A stretch of 64,000 bases of DNA from an uncultured SAR86 cluster bacterium (GTDB lineage Bacteria > Pseudomonadota > Gammaproteobacteria > Magnimaribacterales > AG-339-G14): contig CACEVU010000002.1 of NCBI GenBank assembly GCA_902563105.1, forward strand, positions 136,618 to 200,617. The letters run 5' to 3'. Positions within the stretch are counted from its first letter, which is position 1; each line of letters starts with the position of its first letter. This document shows positions 8,367 through 17,604 of this stretch, piece after piece. A program made the position numbers and the translations under genes. The notes below the pieces were generated by a model that was not told where the DNA came from, did not search any database, and saw nothing but the letters and a program-made list of their open reading frames with translations.

Positions 8367-11099
8367 GTGAAAAAAACCTACAACCCTAAAAATTTAGAAA
8401 AAAAATGGTACAGGTTTTGGGAAAAATCTGGATTTTTTAAGCCAACTTATAAATCAAAGAAAACTTTTTCTATAATGATACCTCCGCCTAACGTCACAGG
8501 TAGTTTACATATGGGTCATGGTTTTCAAAACACTTTGATGGATGTCATGACAAGACTCAAAAGAATGCAAGGCTATGATGTCCTCTGGCAAGTCGGAACG
8601 GATCATGCAGGAATAGCTACTCAATTGGTTGTCGAAAGGAAACTAGAAAGTGAGGGGAAAAAAAGAGAATCTTTGGGAAGGCTTAAGTTTGAAAAAGAAA
8701 TTTGGAAATGGAAAAAAGTTTCAGGAAATACTATAACAAAACAACTAAGGAGACTTGGCTCTTCAGTAGATTGGTCAAATGAAAAGTTCACAATGGATCG
8801 TGATTTTAGTGATGCTGTAACTGAAGTATTTTGTGAGCTCTATGAAGAAGGTCTAATTTATAAGGGATTTAGGCTGGTAAATTGGGATCCTTCTCTTCAA
8901 ACAGCACTCTCAGATTTAGAAGTTTCAAATGAAGAGGAAACGTCGTTTATTTGGAACATAAAGTATGAGTATGAAAATGGTTATTTAATAGTTGCAACTA
9001 CTAGACCAGAAACATTACTTGGAGACATGGCAGTAGCAGTAAATCCAAAAGATAAGAGATACAAAAAACTTATTGGAAAAGAGGTTAAATTACCTTTGAC
9101 GGACAGAAAGATTCCAATAATTGCTGATGATTATGTTGATATGGCTTTTGGTACTGGCTGTCTAAAAGTTACACCGGCTCACGATTTTAACGACTTTGAG
9201 ATTGCCAAGCGTCATAAACTTAATTACTTAAATATCCTCAACAAAGAAGGAAGACTAAACGAAAACACTCCTAGAAAATATCAAAATCTTGATACAAAAG
9301 AGGCAAGAAGACTAATTTTAGAAGATCTTTCGAATGCAAATCTTTTACTTGGTAAAGAAAAACATAAACTTTCAATTCCGAGAGGAGAAAGAACCGGAGA
9401 AATTTTAGAACCTTTTTTGACCGAGCAGTGGTATTTAAAAACGAAGAATTTAGCTAAAGCGGCTTCGAAATTAGTTAGAAACGAAAAAATAAAATTTACT
9501 CCTAAAAGTTGGGAAAAAACTTTTTTTATGTGGATGAAAGATATTGAAGATTGGTGCATCAGTCGTCAATTATGGTGGGGACACAGAATTCCAGCTTGGT
9601 ATGATAAGAATAAAAATATTTATGTGGGAAGATCTGAAGCTGAAATAAGAAAAAAAAATACTATAAGTGGGCCATTAACTAGAGATGAAGATGTATTAGA
9701 TACTTGGTTTTCTTCTCAATTATGGACATTTGCAACTTTAGGCTGGCCCAAAAAAACCAAAGAACTTGATAAGTTTCATCCGACATCTATTCTGGTAACT
9801 GGCTTTGACATTATCTTTTTCTGGGTAGCCCGAATGATAATGATTTCCCAAAAATTTTTAAAAGAACCTCCTTTTAAGCAAGTTTTCATTCATGGGTTAG
9901 TGCGCGATTCAGAAGGACAAAAAATGTCCAAATCAAAAGGTAATATTATTGATCCTATTGATGTGATTGATGGTATAGCTTTGGAGAAGCTTATAGATAA
10001 GAGAACAGAATATCTCATGGTTCCAAATCTAAGAGAAAAGATAAAAAAAACTACCAAAAAAGAGTTTCCATTAGGAATTTCTCCATATGGCACAGATGCT
10101 TTAAGGCTTACTTTTACTTCTCTTGCATCGGGTAGTAGAGATATAAATTTTGATCTTAAGCGCGTTGAAGGATATAGAAACTTTTGTAATAAATTATGGA
10201 ATGCTTCCAGATTCATAAAGCTTCAAACCAAAGATTATAAAAAAACTGGAAAATTAAGCGAACATCAGACTGATAAATGGATAAGATCAGAATTTAATGA
10301 CTGTTTAAATAAATATACTGATCATATTGAAAATTCACGATTCGACTTGGCCACTCAAACCCTCTATGAATTTATTTGGGATAAATTATGTGACTGGTAT
10401 ATAGAATTTATCAAAATCAGAATTAATGATGAACAACTATCGAAAAGAGATAAAAATTTCATCATAAACTCGCTTTTAGACATTTTTGAGAAAACACTCA
10501 AACTAGCCCACCCCATCATGCCTTTCATCACAGAAGAAATTTGGCAATCTTTCAAAGAAGTATTCAAAGCCAAAGAAAAAAGTCTGATGATTTCAAAATT
10601 TCCTGAAAAGTATAAAAAAGTCTCAAATTTAAAAAAAATCAAGACTGTAATGAGTGTCATAACTGGAATTAGAAATATAAGGTCTGAAATGGTTATCTCT
10701 CCAAAAAAAGATATCAAAATTATTATCGAAAAAGATAGATCTATTAAAAACTTGTTAGACCAGAATATTAATTTTCTTGCTCAATTAGCAAGAGTCTCAG
10801 AGATCCAATATTTGGAAACAAACATTCCTCCATCGGCAATTTTTTTAATAAACTCTACCAAAATTCATGTCCCACTTGAGGGGCTCATCAATCCTTCTTC
10901 TGAAATTAAAAGAAACCAGAAAAATTTAGAGAAGTACGAAAAATCGTTTTCTAGCCTAAAAAGTCAAATTGAGAACAAAAAATTTATATCCAATGCTCCA
11001 AAAAGCTTAATTCAAGAAAGGCGAGCCAGCTTGAAAGAAGTTTCTGCAAAAATCTCTACTACTGAGAAACATATTAAAACTTTAGAAAAAATTAAGTAG
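8367..11099 (+). CDS. valS: Valine--tRNA ligase
   Basis: HIGH motif PPPNVTGSLHMGH and KMSKS motif KMSKSKGN, with a C-terminal coiled coil. GTG start, 910 aa. Confidence 0.97.
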   Translation: MKKTYNPKNLEKKWYRFWEKSGFFKPTYKSKKTFSIMIPPPNVTGSLHMGHGFQNTLMDVMTRLKRMQGYDVLWQVGTDHAGIATQLVVERKLESEGKKRESLGRLKFEKEIWKWKKVSGNTITKQLRRLGSSVDWSNEKFTMDRDFSDAVTEVFCELYEEGLIYKGFRLVNWDPSLQTALSDLEVSNEEETSFIWNIKYEYENGYLIVATTRPETLLGDMAVAVNPKDKRYKKLIGKEVKLPLTDRKIPIIADDYVDMAFGTGCLKVTPAHDFNDFEIAKRHKLNYLNILNKEGRLNENTPRKYQNLDTKEARRLILEDLSNANLLLGKEKHKLSIPRGERTGEILEPFLTEQWYLKTKNLAKAASKLVRNEKIKFTPKSWEKTFFMWMKDIEDWCISRQLWWGHRIPAWYDKNKNIYVGRSEAEIRKKNTISGPLTRDEDVLDTWFSSQLWTFATLGWPKKTKELDKFHPTSILVTGFDIIFFWVARMIMISQKFLKEPPFKQVFIHGLVRDSEGQKMSKSKGNIIDPIDVIDGIALEKLIDKRTEYLMVPNLREKIKKTTKKEFPLGISPYGTDALRLTFTSLASGSRDINFDLKRVEGYRNFCNKLWNASRFIKLQTKDYKKTGKLSEHQTDKWIRSEFNDCLNKYTDHIENSRFDLATQTLYEFIWDKLCDWYIEFIKIRINDEQLSKRDKNFIINSLLDIFEKTLKLAHPIMPFITEEIWQSFKEVFKAKEKSLMISKFPEKYKKVSNLKKIKTVMSVITGIRNIRSEMVISPKKDIKIIIEKDRSIKNLLDQNINFLAQLARVSEIQYLETNIPPSAIFLINSTKIHVPLEGLINPSSEIKRNQKNLEKYEKSFSSLKSQIENKKFISNAPKSLIQERRASLKEVSAKISTTEKHIKTLEKIK

Positions 11100-11134
11100 T
11101 TTTTTGCTTTTTGATAATTAGGATATAGGATCAT

Positions 11135-12325
11135 CTAAAAAATCAGGAAAGATCTTTCAACGATCAGGATTGTGCTGTATCCAAAAATACCAATTGTTAA
11201 GATCATAACTGAATAATTCCTTATATTGTTTAGATTAAAAAAACTTAAAAGATAAATTATTAAAGCAAAGATAGCGAAGATCATAATTTGACCAAGTTCA
11301 ATACCCAAATTAAAAGCAACCAGAATTTTTATCATTTCATCACTAGGAAGAAAAATTTCACTTATGGCACCAGCAAATCCTAACCCATGAATAAATCCAA
11401 AAATCAGGGTGATAAAAATCAAATTAAAATCACTTTGAAAGTTATTTGATAATCTCAGGTAGCAGAACATCATCAGTCCCAAAGATGCAAAAAATATTAC
11501 ATAATTAGGTTGATACAGATAGACAAAAAAAGTCAGTAATGCCCAGAGTAAGAAAATTAAGTTAGAAAAAATTTTTAACTGAGAAGTTTTTTTTCCAAGT
11601 ATCTCAATTGAGCAGACTAATATTGAAAAGCCGATCATTAACTCAACTAAATTTGCTGACGAAAGAATTAATCCCTGCACGCTCATGAATAGACTTGCTG
11701 AGTGACCAAGAGTGAATCCAGAAATGGCATAAAAAAAAGTTTTTACATTTCTGCATAGAAAAATAATTAGAAATAAAAAAGCTATATGATCTAATCCGCT
11801 TAAAATATGCTGAAATCCAAAATTTAAAAAATTTAGAAAGGATAAATTAAATTCAGTTATTTGTTTCTCATCAAATAAATTAACTTTTTGTGAATCTGAA
11901 GTGATTACAAAATCTGGGAATTTTTTACCATCGATGTATTGCACTGAAAAATCTAAATGCGATATATTTAAATCAAAAAATAAATCAAATTTAAATTCAG
12001 GCTCTTCAACTTTGCAAACGAATGAATTCACATATCGAACATACTCTTTGTCTTGATTATCAATGTAAGATTTTTCAGCGTTACAGTCTTTTGAACTCAA
12101 CTTGTTTTTAAAATAAATTTCGAGTTCATCTATTTCAAAACCATTGCTAACTAATTGATTGAATAAGATGGACTTTCTTATTTTCGTTATTACATTTACT
12201 TCAAAATCTGTCTGCGTAAGTTCGCCTTTCCATATTGTGTAGGACTGACTTTTTTGATGAGAAAGAATTTCTCCTGAAAAGAGAAGGATGAGAAAAAAGC
12301 TAGAAAGAATATTTCTCAATTTCAT
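11135..12325 (-). CDS. HupE/UreJ-family membrane protein with N-terminal periplasmic extension
   Basis: Signal peptide, then about 170 aa of soluble region, then a 6-TM domain beginning FGFQHILSGLDHIAFLF (HupE/UreJ HxxxGxDH motif). Confidence 0.6.
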   Translation of the reverse strand: MKLRNILSSFFLILLFSGEILSHQKSQSYTIWKGELTQTDFEVNVITKIRKSILFNQLVSNGFEIDELEIYFKNKLSSKDCNAEKSYIDNQDKEYVRYVNSFVCKVEEPEFKFDLFFDLNISHLDFSVQYIDGKKFPDFVITSDSQKVNLFDEKQITEFNLSFLNFLNFGFQHILSGLDHIAFLFLIIFLCRNVKTFFYAISGFTLGHSASLFMSVQGLILSSANLVELMIGFSILVCSIEILGKKTSQLKIFSNLIFLLWALLTFFVYLYQPNYVIFFASLGLMMFCYLRLSNNFQSDFNLIFITLIFGFIHGLGFAGAISEIFLPSDEMIKILVAFNLGIELGQIMIFAIFALIIYLLSFFNLNNIRNYSVMILTIGIFGYSTILIVERSFLIF

Positions 12326-13133
12326 AAAAATTTCTTAAATTCTCAATGTACTTTTTAACAAGAATATCTTCTCTTTCTCGAATAAACCTATCTTTAATTT
12401 GATCATAAATTTCCTCAAATAGAGGTGTTTTGCCATACAAAATATCAATGCAAAAAATAATGCTTGGAATATCATTGAGTTGGATAACTTTTGAATAATC
12501 TCCTTTATTAAGGTTTTCCAATTCTTGTAGTGCTTTGGGGCCTAAATAATCTCTAATTTTTTGAGGAGTTAAAAAAACTTCAGGCACATCAAAAATGTTT
12601 TTCTCATACGTAAGATTTAAGAAAGCGTCAAAATTATTTTGCTTGAGGTACTTGCTTCCTGTTTCTGCCTCATTTAGATTTCGAAAAGAATAGTTTTTCA
12701 GCTTAAAACGTTTTCCAGAAGAAAAATAATCTTTTTCTTTTCTATAATAATCTCTTAATTGTTTTTCTGAAGGTTCGATAACCTCGTTTGAGTTAATGAT
12801 ATGTTGAAACATAGTCTGAATAATATTGCCTTTTATCAATGAATCATTTCTTATTAAATCAAGCTCTATGGCCCTTTGAATCAATAATTCCTCGTCTATT
12901 AATCTTTCTCTGATAATATTCTTTTTTTCCAGAGTTAATTCTGAGCTACTTTGGTCATCTAAAACCTTGATAATTTCTTCAAACCTTTGCATGCTAATTT
13001 CTTTTTCACCTACTCGAGCTACAGCACTATCTAAATTGAAATTAGTTTCGAAAATAACTGCGTTGAGAGATAAAAATAGCGAAATAAAAAAAACTATTAT
13101 CAATGCAATATTGATAATTTTCTTATTCATCAT
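12300..13133 (-). CDS. Membrane-anchored SurA-N/parvulin-like (PpiC-type, possibly degenerate) protein
   Basis: N-terminal TM anchor. VARVGEKEISMQRFEE resembles the SurA/PpiD N-domain start. The C-terminal half has a rotamase-like layout (FKLKNYSF...GDYSKVIQL). 26-nt overlap with the downstream HupE-like gene. Confidence 0.4.
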   Translation of the reverse strand: MMNKKIINIALIIVFFISLFLSLNAVIFETNFNLDSAVARVGEKEISMQRFEEIIKVLDDQSSSELTLEKKNIIRERLIDEELLIQRAIELDLIRNDSLIKGNIIQTMFQHIINSNEVIEPSEKQLRDYYRKEKDYFSSGKRFKLKNYSFRNLNEAETGSKYLKQNNFDAFLNLTYEKNIFDVPEVFLTPQKIRDYLGPKALQELENLNKGDYSKVIQLNDIPSIIFCIDILYGKTPLFEEIYDQIKDRFIREREDILVKKYIENLRNFYEIEKYSF

Positions 13134-13566
13134 TGATTGACATTATGAAGTGCTCGATACCGGAGGTATCTATTATTTTTTTTTCTTCAACAAAATTATT
13201 TTTTTCATAAAACATTTTAGTTGATGCTAAGCTTGAAACTTGAGTTATTTTTTCCGGAAATAACTCTTTAGATTTTTCTACTAAAATCTTAATAAGTGCC
13301 CTTCCGTGGCCTTTATTTCTATGTTCTGCTGCAACAATAGTCCTGCTTATAAAAGGATTACCAAGGTCTGTGTGTGGTGGAATTATTCTGCCGTACGCAA
13401 CTAAATTAGAATCTGAAGTCCCCATAAGATGAAGACCAGCCTCGTCGTACTCATCTTTCACTAGTTCTAGATGAGCATCGGCTTCAAAAAAGGACTTTCT
13501 CAGAAGGGAAATTCTTAGATGATTTTCTTCACCTAGATCATGGTAATTGTGCCAAATCCATTGCAT
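13123..13566 (-). CDS. GNAT family N-acetyltransferase (ElaA-like)
   Basis: 147 aa with acetyl-CoA binding motif HRNKGHGRALI (Q/RxxGxG/A). Length and layout resemble ElaA. Confidence 0.7.
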   Translation of the reverse strand: MQWIWHNYHDLGEENHLRISLLRKSFFEADAHLELVKDEYDEAGLHLMGTSDSNLVAYGRIIPPHTDLGNPFISRTIVAAEHRNKGHGRALIKILVEKSKELFPEKITQVSSLASTKMFYEKNNFVEEKKIIDTSGIEHFIMSINDE

Positions 13567-13570
13567 TTAA

Positions 13571-14611
13571 TTATGGGCAAGGATTTGGGCACGCAGCATG
13601 TACTTCATCTAAATAGGTTAAATTTTCTTCACTAAGTTCAACCTCAAAGCTATCTATGGCCAACTTAAGCTGTTCCATAGTTGTGGCTCCAATAATATTA
13701 GATGTTACAAAGTCTCTAGAATTGACAAAGGCATTAGCCATTACTGAGGGATCCAAATTGATTTCTTTTGCATATTCAACATATTGCTTTATAGAAGATT
13801 CTGCCGAAGCAGTTTCATACCTTTGACCTCTTCCAAATAACTGTGTTCTTGATCCCTTTGGCATAGCTCCATTCATATATTTCCCGGATAAGTATCCTTG
13901 AGCCAGCGGAGAATATGCCAATAACCCAACCTCAGATCTGAAGTAGAATTCAGACATTCCATATTCATAGGTTCTATTTAAAAGATTATAGGCATTCTGG
14001 ACAGACTGAACTCTTGGTAAGTTTATTTGGTCTGCAATTCTAATAAATTCTGAAAGACCCCAAGGGGTTTCATTCGATAATCCTATATACCTTACTTTTC
14101 CAGAATCAACCAACGTTTTTAAAACCTCTAGTGTTTCTGAGATTTCAATACTTTCTATATCATAATGCTCGTATAAACCTGCTTTCCCTCCAAAAATTGG
14201 CAATGGTCTATCTGGCCAATGAAGCTGGTATAAATCGACATAGTCTGTTTGAAGTCTCTTCAAACTTCCTTCAATTGCAGATTCAATATTTTTTTTATCG
14301 AGTCGTGTTTCTCCACCCCTAAACCACTTCATTCCACTTCTTCCAGCAACCTTTGTCGCTAAAATAATCTTGTCTCTATTCTTATTTTTCTTAAACCAAG
14401 ACCCAATAATGGTTTCAGTACTTCCATGCGTCTCTTCCTTAGGGGGTATTGAGTATAGTTCTGCTGTGTCAAAAAAATTTATTCCTCTTTCAATAGCATA
14501 ATCCATTTGCTCATGTCCTTCCGCTTCGGTATTTTGTTGACCCCACGTCATCGTTCCCAGACAAATGAGGCTTACATCTATGTCGGTATTTCCAAGTTTT
14601 TTAAACTTCAT
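13571..14611 (-). CDS. tas: NADP(H)-dependent aldo/keto reductase (Tas-like)
   Basis: LGNTDIDVSLICLGTMTWG, GINFFDTAELY, DLYQLHWPDR, 346 aa like E. coli Tas. Confidence 0.8.
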   Translation of the reverse strand: MKFKKLGNTDIDVSLICLGTMTWGQQNTEAEGHEQMDYAIERGINFFDTAELYSIPPKEETHGSTETIIGSWFKKNKNRDKIILATKVAGRSGMKWFRGGETRLDKKNIESAIEGSLKRLQTDYVDLYQLHWPDRPLPIFGGKAGLYEHYDIESIEISETLEVLKTLVDSGKVRYIGLSNETPWGLSEFIRIADQINLPRVQSVQNAYNLLNRTYEYGMSEFYFRSEVGLLAYSPLAQGYLSGKYMNGAMPKGSRTQLFGRGQRYETASAESSIKQYVEYAKEINLDPSVMANAFVNSRDFVTSNIIGATTMEQLKLAIDSFEVELSEENLTYLDEVHAACPNPCP

Positions 14612-14663
14612 TTTATTCTCCCCGTAAATTAAAGAATTTTAAAATTTCTGATAAAATAATTCT

Positions 14664-15146
14664 ATGAGCCAAACATTATATGACTTTTCAGTTAATGATA
14701 ATGCAAATAATTCTGTATCCTTAAGCGATTTTAAAGGAAAAGTTCTTTTAATAGTAAATACTGCCAGTAAATGTGGGTTTACTCCTCAATATGAAGGGTT
14801 AGAGGATCTTCAAAAAAACTATAGGTCACAAAACTTTTCTGTTTTGGCTTTTCCTTGTAATCAGTTTGGTGGTCAAGAGCCAGGAAGCAATGAGGATATT
14901 CAAGAATTTTGCTCGATAAACTTTCAGACTAGCTTTCCTGTGATGGGTAAGCTTGAAGTAAATGGCAACAATGCTCATCCACTTTATGATTTTCTTAAAT
15001 CAGAAAAAAAAGGTTTGCTTGGCAGTAAAGCAATTAAATGGAATTTTACAAAATTTCTTGTCGATAAAAATGGTGATGTTAAAAAGCGTTATTCACCTAA
15101 TACGGAACCGAAAGAGATTGCTCAAGATATAGAGAATTTGCTTTAA
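14664..15146 (+). CDS. Glutathione peroxidase (Cys-type)
   Basis: GPx signatures: NTASKCGFTPQYEGLEDL, AFPCNQFGGQEPG, IKWNFTKFLV. Confidence 0.9.
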   Translation: MSQTLYDFSVNDNANNSVSLSDFKGKVLLIVNTASKCGFTPQYEGLEDLQKNYRSQNFSVLAFPCNQFGGQEPGSNEDIQEFCSINFQTSFPVMGKLEVNGNNAHPLYDFLKSEKKGLLGSKAIKWNFTKFLVDKNGDVKKRYSPNTEPKEIAQDIENLL

Positions 15147-15602
15147 GGAAAGAGAATTATCTCTTAACTTTTTGGAAAAAATTAAAGCATCTTCTCTTCC
15201 CTCATATAATTTGTAATAATTTTTTCTAATACCTACTTCAATAAATCCGTTTTTTTTATAGAAATTAATTGCCTCCTGATTTGATTCTCTCACCTCAAGG
15301 AAAATCTCCTTTATGCCAAATTTGTTTGAAAGGTTTTCTACTTTTTTCAACAATTCATTTCCTATTCCCTGTCTCTTCATATTGGGAGCAACAGATATAT
15401 TCAAAAGATGGCCTTCTAATAGACTAAAGCTTGCAATGAAAAAACCTATAACTTTTTCATCTTCCAAAGATACATAAAATTCATAATCTTTTTTCATACA
15501 ATCAAGAAAACTTGAATAGCTCCAAGGTGTTGAGTTAGAAAGCTGCTCTATGCCAAAAACCTGCTCGAGATAAGCTTTCTTTATTTTTTTAATTTTTCTC
15601 AA
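15093..15602 (-). CDS. rimI: Ribosomal-protein-alanine N-acetyltransferase
   Basis: Collinear with E. coli RimI: PWSYSSF, LLNISVAPNMKRQGIGNELL, FLEVRESNQEAINFYKKNGF, REDALIF. Lies downstream of holD. A roughly 20-aa C-terminal tail overlaps the end of the gpx gene. Confidence 0.8.
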   Translation of the reverse strand: MRKIKKIKKAYLEQVFGIEQLSNSTPWSYSSFLDCMKKDYEFYVSLEDEKVIGFFIASFSLLEGHLLNISVAPNMKRQGIGNELLKKVENLSNKFGIKEIFLEVRESNQEAINFYKKNGFIEVGIRKNYYKLYEGREDALIFSKKLRDNSLSLKQILYILSNLFRFRIR

Positions 15603-15888
15603 TGTTTCTTAAGAAAGCTATTTTTTCTTTTACGGATTTTTTTTTAATTTCACCTAAATTAATTACCTTACTTTTTTTTGAAGACAAAAAAGCTAAAATC
15701 TCCTCTGGATAATTATTGGAAAAATCTTGTCTAAAGGTGATGCACAGAGACTTCAAATATTTGATATCTTGTTTTGAAAATTCTTTGATTTCTTTTTTTA
15801 AGATATTTTTACCATCAAAAGAAAAATTTTTTTTAAGAGACCAGAAAGATATTCCCATTTCCTTCAAAAGTTTTTCCTCTGATTTCAT
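15589..15888 (-). CDS. holD: DNA polymerase III psi subunit
   Basis: Lies immediately upstream of and overlapping rimI, as in enterobacteria. LLKEMGISFWSLKK parallels E. coli HolD QLQQLGITQWSLRR. The start is taken at the internal ATG (MKSEEK). Confidence 0.6.
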   Translation of the reverse strand: MKSEEKLLKEMGISFWSLKKNFSFDGKNILKKEIKEFSKQDIKYLKSLCITFRQDFSNNYPEEILAFLSSKKSKVINLGEIKKKSVKEKIAFLRNIEKN

Positions 15889-15933
15889 ATTAAATATCTT
15901 ATATGATAAGCACACTTAAGTTAATTTATAACT

Positions 15934-17604
15934 ATGAAGAAAATAGATAACAGTGCTATTTCAAAATATTCAGCTTTTAAAAGAATAGAGCTAAAAAACA
16001 GAACCTGGCCAACAAAACAAATTGTAAAAGCTCCTATCTGGTGCAGCGTTGACTTGAGAGATGGCAATCAAGCTCTGATTGAGCCAATGGGAATTGAAAG
16101 AAAACTTAGATTTTTTTCAATGTTGATTGATTTAGGGTTTAAAGAAATTGAAATAGGATTTCCTTCTGCATCAGAAACTGAATTTAGTTTTGTTAGAAAG
16201 TTGATAGAGGAAAATTTAATTCCTTCAGATGTCAAAATCCAAGTTTTATCACAAGCAAGAGATCATTTAATCAAAAAGACCTTTGAATCAACTCAGGGAG
16301 CAAAGAATGTAATTTTTCATCTTTACAACTCGACTTCTACATTACAAAGAGAGGTTGTTTTTAAGAAAGATAAAGCTGGAATTACTAAAATTGCTACTGA
16401 GGGAGCTGAACTTGTAAAAAAACTTTCTGAAGAATACAAGGAAACCAACTGGCAATTTGAGTACAGCCCTGAAAGCTTTACGGGGACAGAACTAGAATAT
16501 GCTGTAGAGGTTTGTGACGAAGTTAATAAAATTTGGCACAAAGATAGTAAAAATAAAACCATCATAAATCTCCCCGCGACTGTTGAGCTGTCATCACCAA
16601 ATATTTATGCTGATCAAATTCAATGGATGAATGAAAATTTAAGAAATAGAGATGACATTATTCTGAGTTTACATCCTCATAACGATAGAGGCACAGCGGT
16701 TGCAGCTGCTGAATTGGGAATAATGGCAGGCGCAGACCGAATTGAAGGAACTCTTTTTGGAAATGGTGAAAGAACAGGAAATGTGGATATAGTAACTTTG
16801 GGATTAAACTTATTTACTCAAGGAGTAGATCCTCTACTAGATTTTTCCGATATTAATAAAACCATGCGAGAAGTAGAATATTGTAATCAACTCCCTGTTC
16901 ATCCTAGGCATCCTTACACGGGAGATTTAGTTTTTACGGCTTTCTCTGGATCTCATCAAGATGCCATAAAGAAAGGATTCGATGAAATGCGAAACACAAA
17001 TGAATCAAAATGGCGCGTACCGTATCTTCCGATAGATCCCGAGGACGTTGGTAGAACTTATGAAGCTGTTATAAGAATAAATAGTCAATCTGGAAAAGGT
17101 GGTATCTCATATATTCTTGAACAAGATTATGGGATTTCTTTACCTCGAAGAATGCAAATTGATTTTAGCCAAGTTATTCAAAAGCAAGCTGATGAGTCCG
17201 GTAAGGAATTAGACTCTAAAGAAATCTGGAAAAGCTTTGAAGCGAATTACTTAAGTTCTGATTCAAAAAAAATTAAATACAACTCGCATGAAATCTATTC
17301 ATCAAAAGCAGAAGATAAAATCAAATTATCCTTATTTGAGGATGAAAAAGAATTAACAATTGAGGGTGCGGGAAATGGGCCAATAGATGCATTCATCAAT
17401 GCTCTGAACAGTCATTTATCTTCAGATTTTAAAGTTTCTGATTATCATCAACATTCAATCTCTTCCGGATCAGATGCTTCGGCTGTTGCTTATATTGAAA
17501 TTCAGAACAAAAGTGCTTCTGATTGGGGCGCAGGAATTGATCCAAATACTACGGTAGCTTCATACAAAGCAATTTTAAATTGCTTGAATAAAATTTTAAG
17601 CTGA
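15934..17604 (+). CDS. leuA: 2-isopropylmalate synthase (long, LeuA type 2)
   Basis: WCSVDLRDGNQALIEPM, LHPHNDRGTAVAAAELGIMAGADRIEGTLFGNGERTGN, and a C-terminal regulatory domain. 556 aa. Confidence 0.95.
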   Translation: MKKIDNSAISKYSAFKRIELKNRTWPTKQIVKAPIWCSVDLRDGNQALIEPMGIERKLRFFSMLIDLGFKEIEIGFPSASETEFSFVRKLIEENLIPSDVKIQVLSQARDHLIKKTFESTQGAKNVIFHLYNSTSTLQREVVFKKDKAGITKIATEGAELVKKLSEEYKETNWQFEYSPESFTGTELEYAVEVCDEVNKIWHKDSKNKTIINLPATVELSSPNIYADQIQWMNENLRNRDDIILSLHPHNDRGTAVAAAELGIMAGADRIEGTLFGNGERTGNVDIVTLGLNLFTQGVDPLLDFSDINKTMREVEYCNQLPVHPRHPYTGDLVFTAFSGSHQDAIKKGFDEMRNTNESKWRVPYLPIDPEDVGRTYEAVIRINSQSGKGGISYILEQDYGISLPRRMQIDFSQVIQKQADESGKELDSKEIWKSFEANYLSSDSKKIKYNSHEIYSSKAEDKIKLSLFEDEKELTIEGAGNGPIDAFINALNSHLSSDFKVSDYHQHSISSGSDASAVAYIEIQNKSASDWGAGIDPNTTVASYKAILNCLNKILS

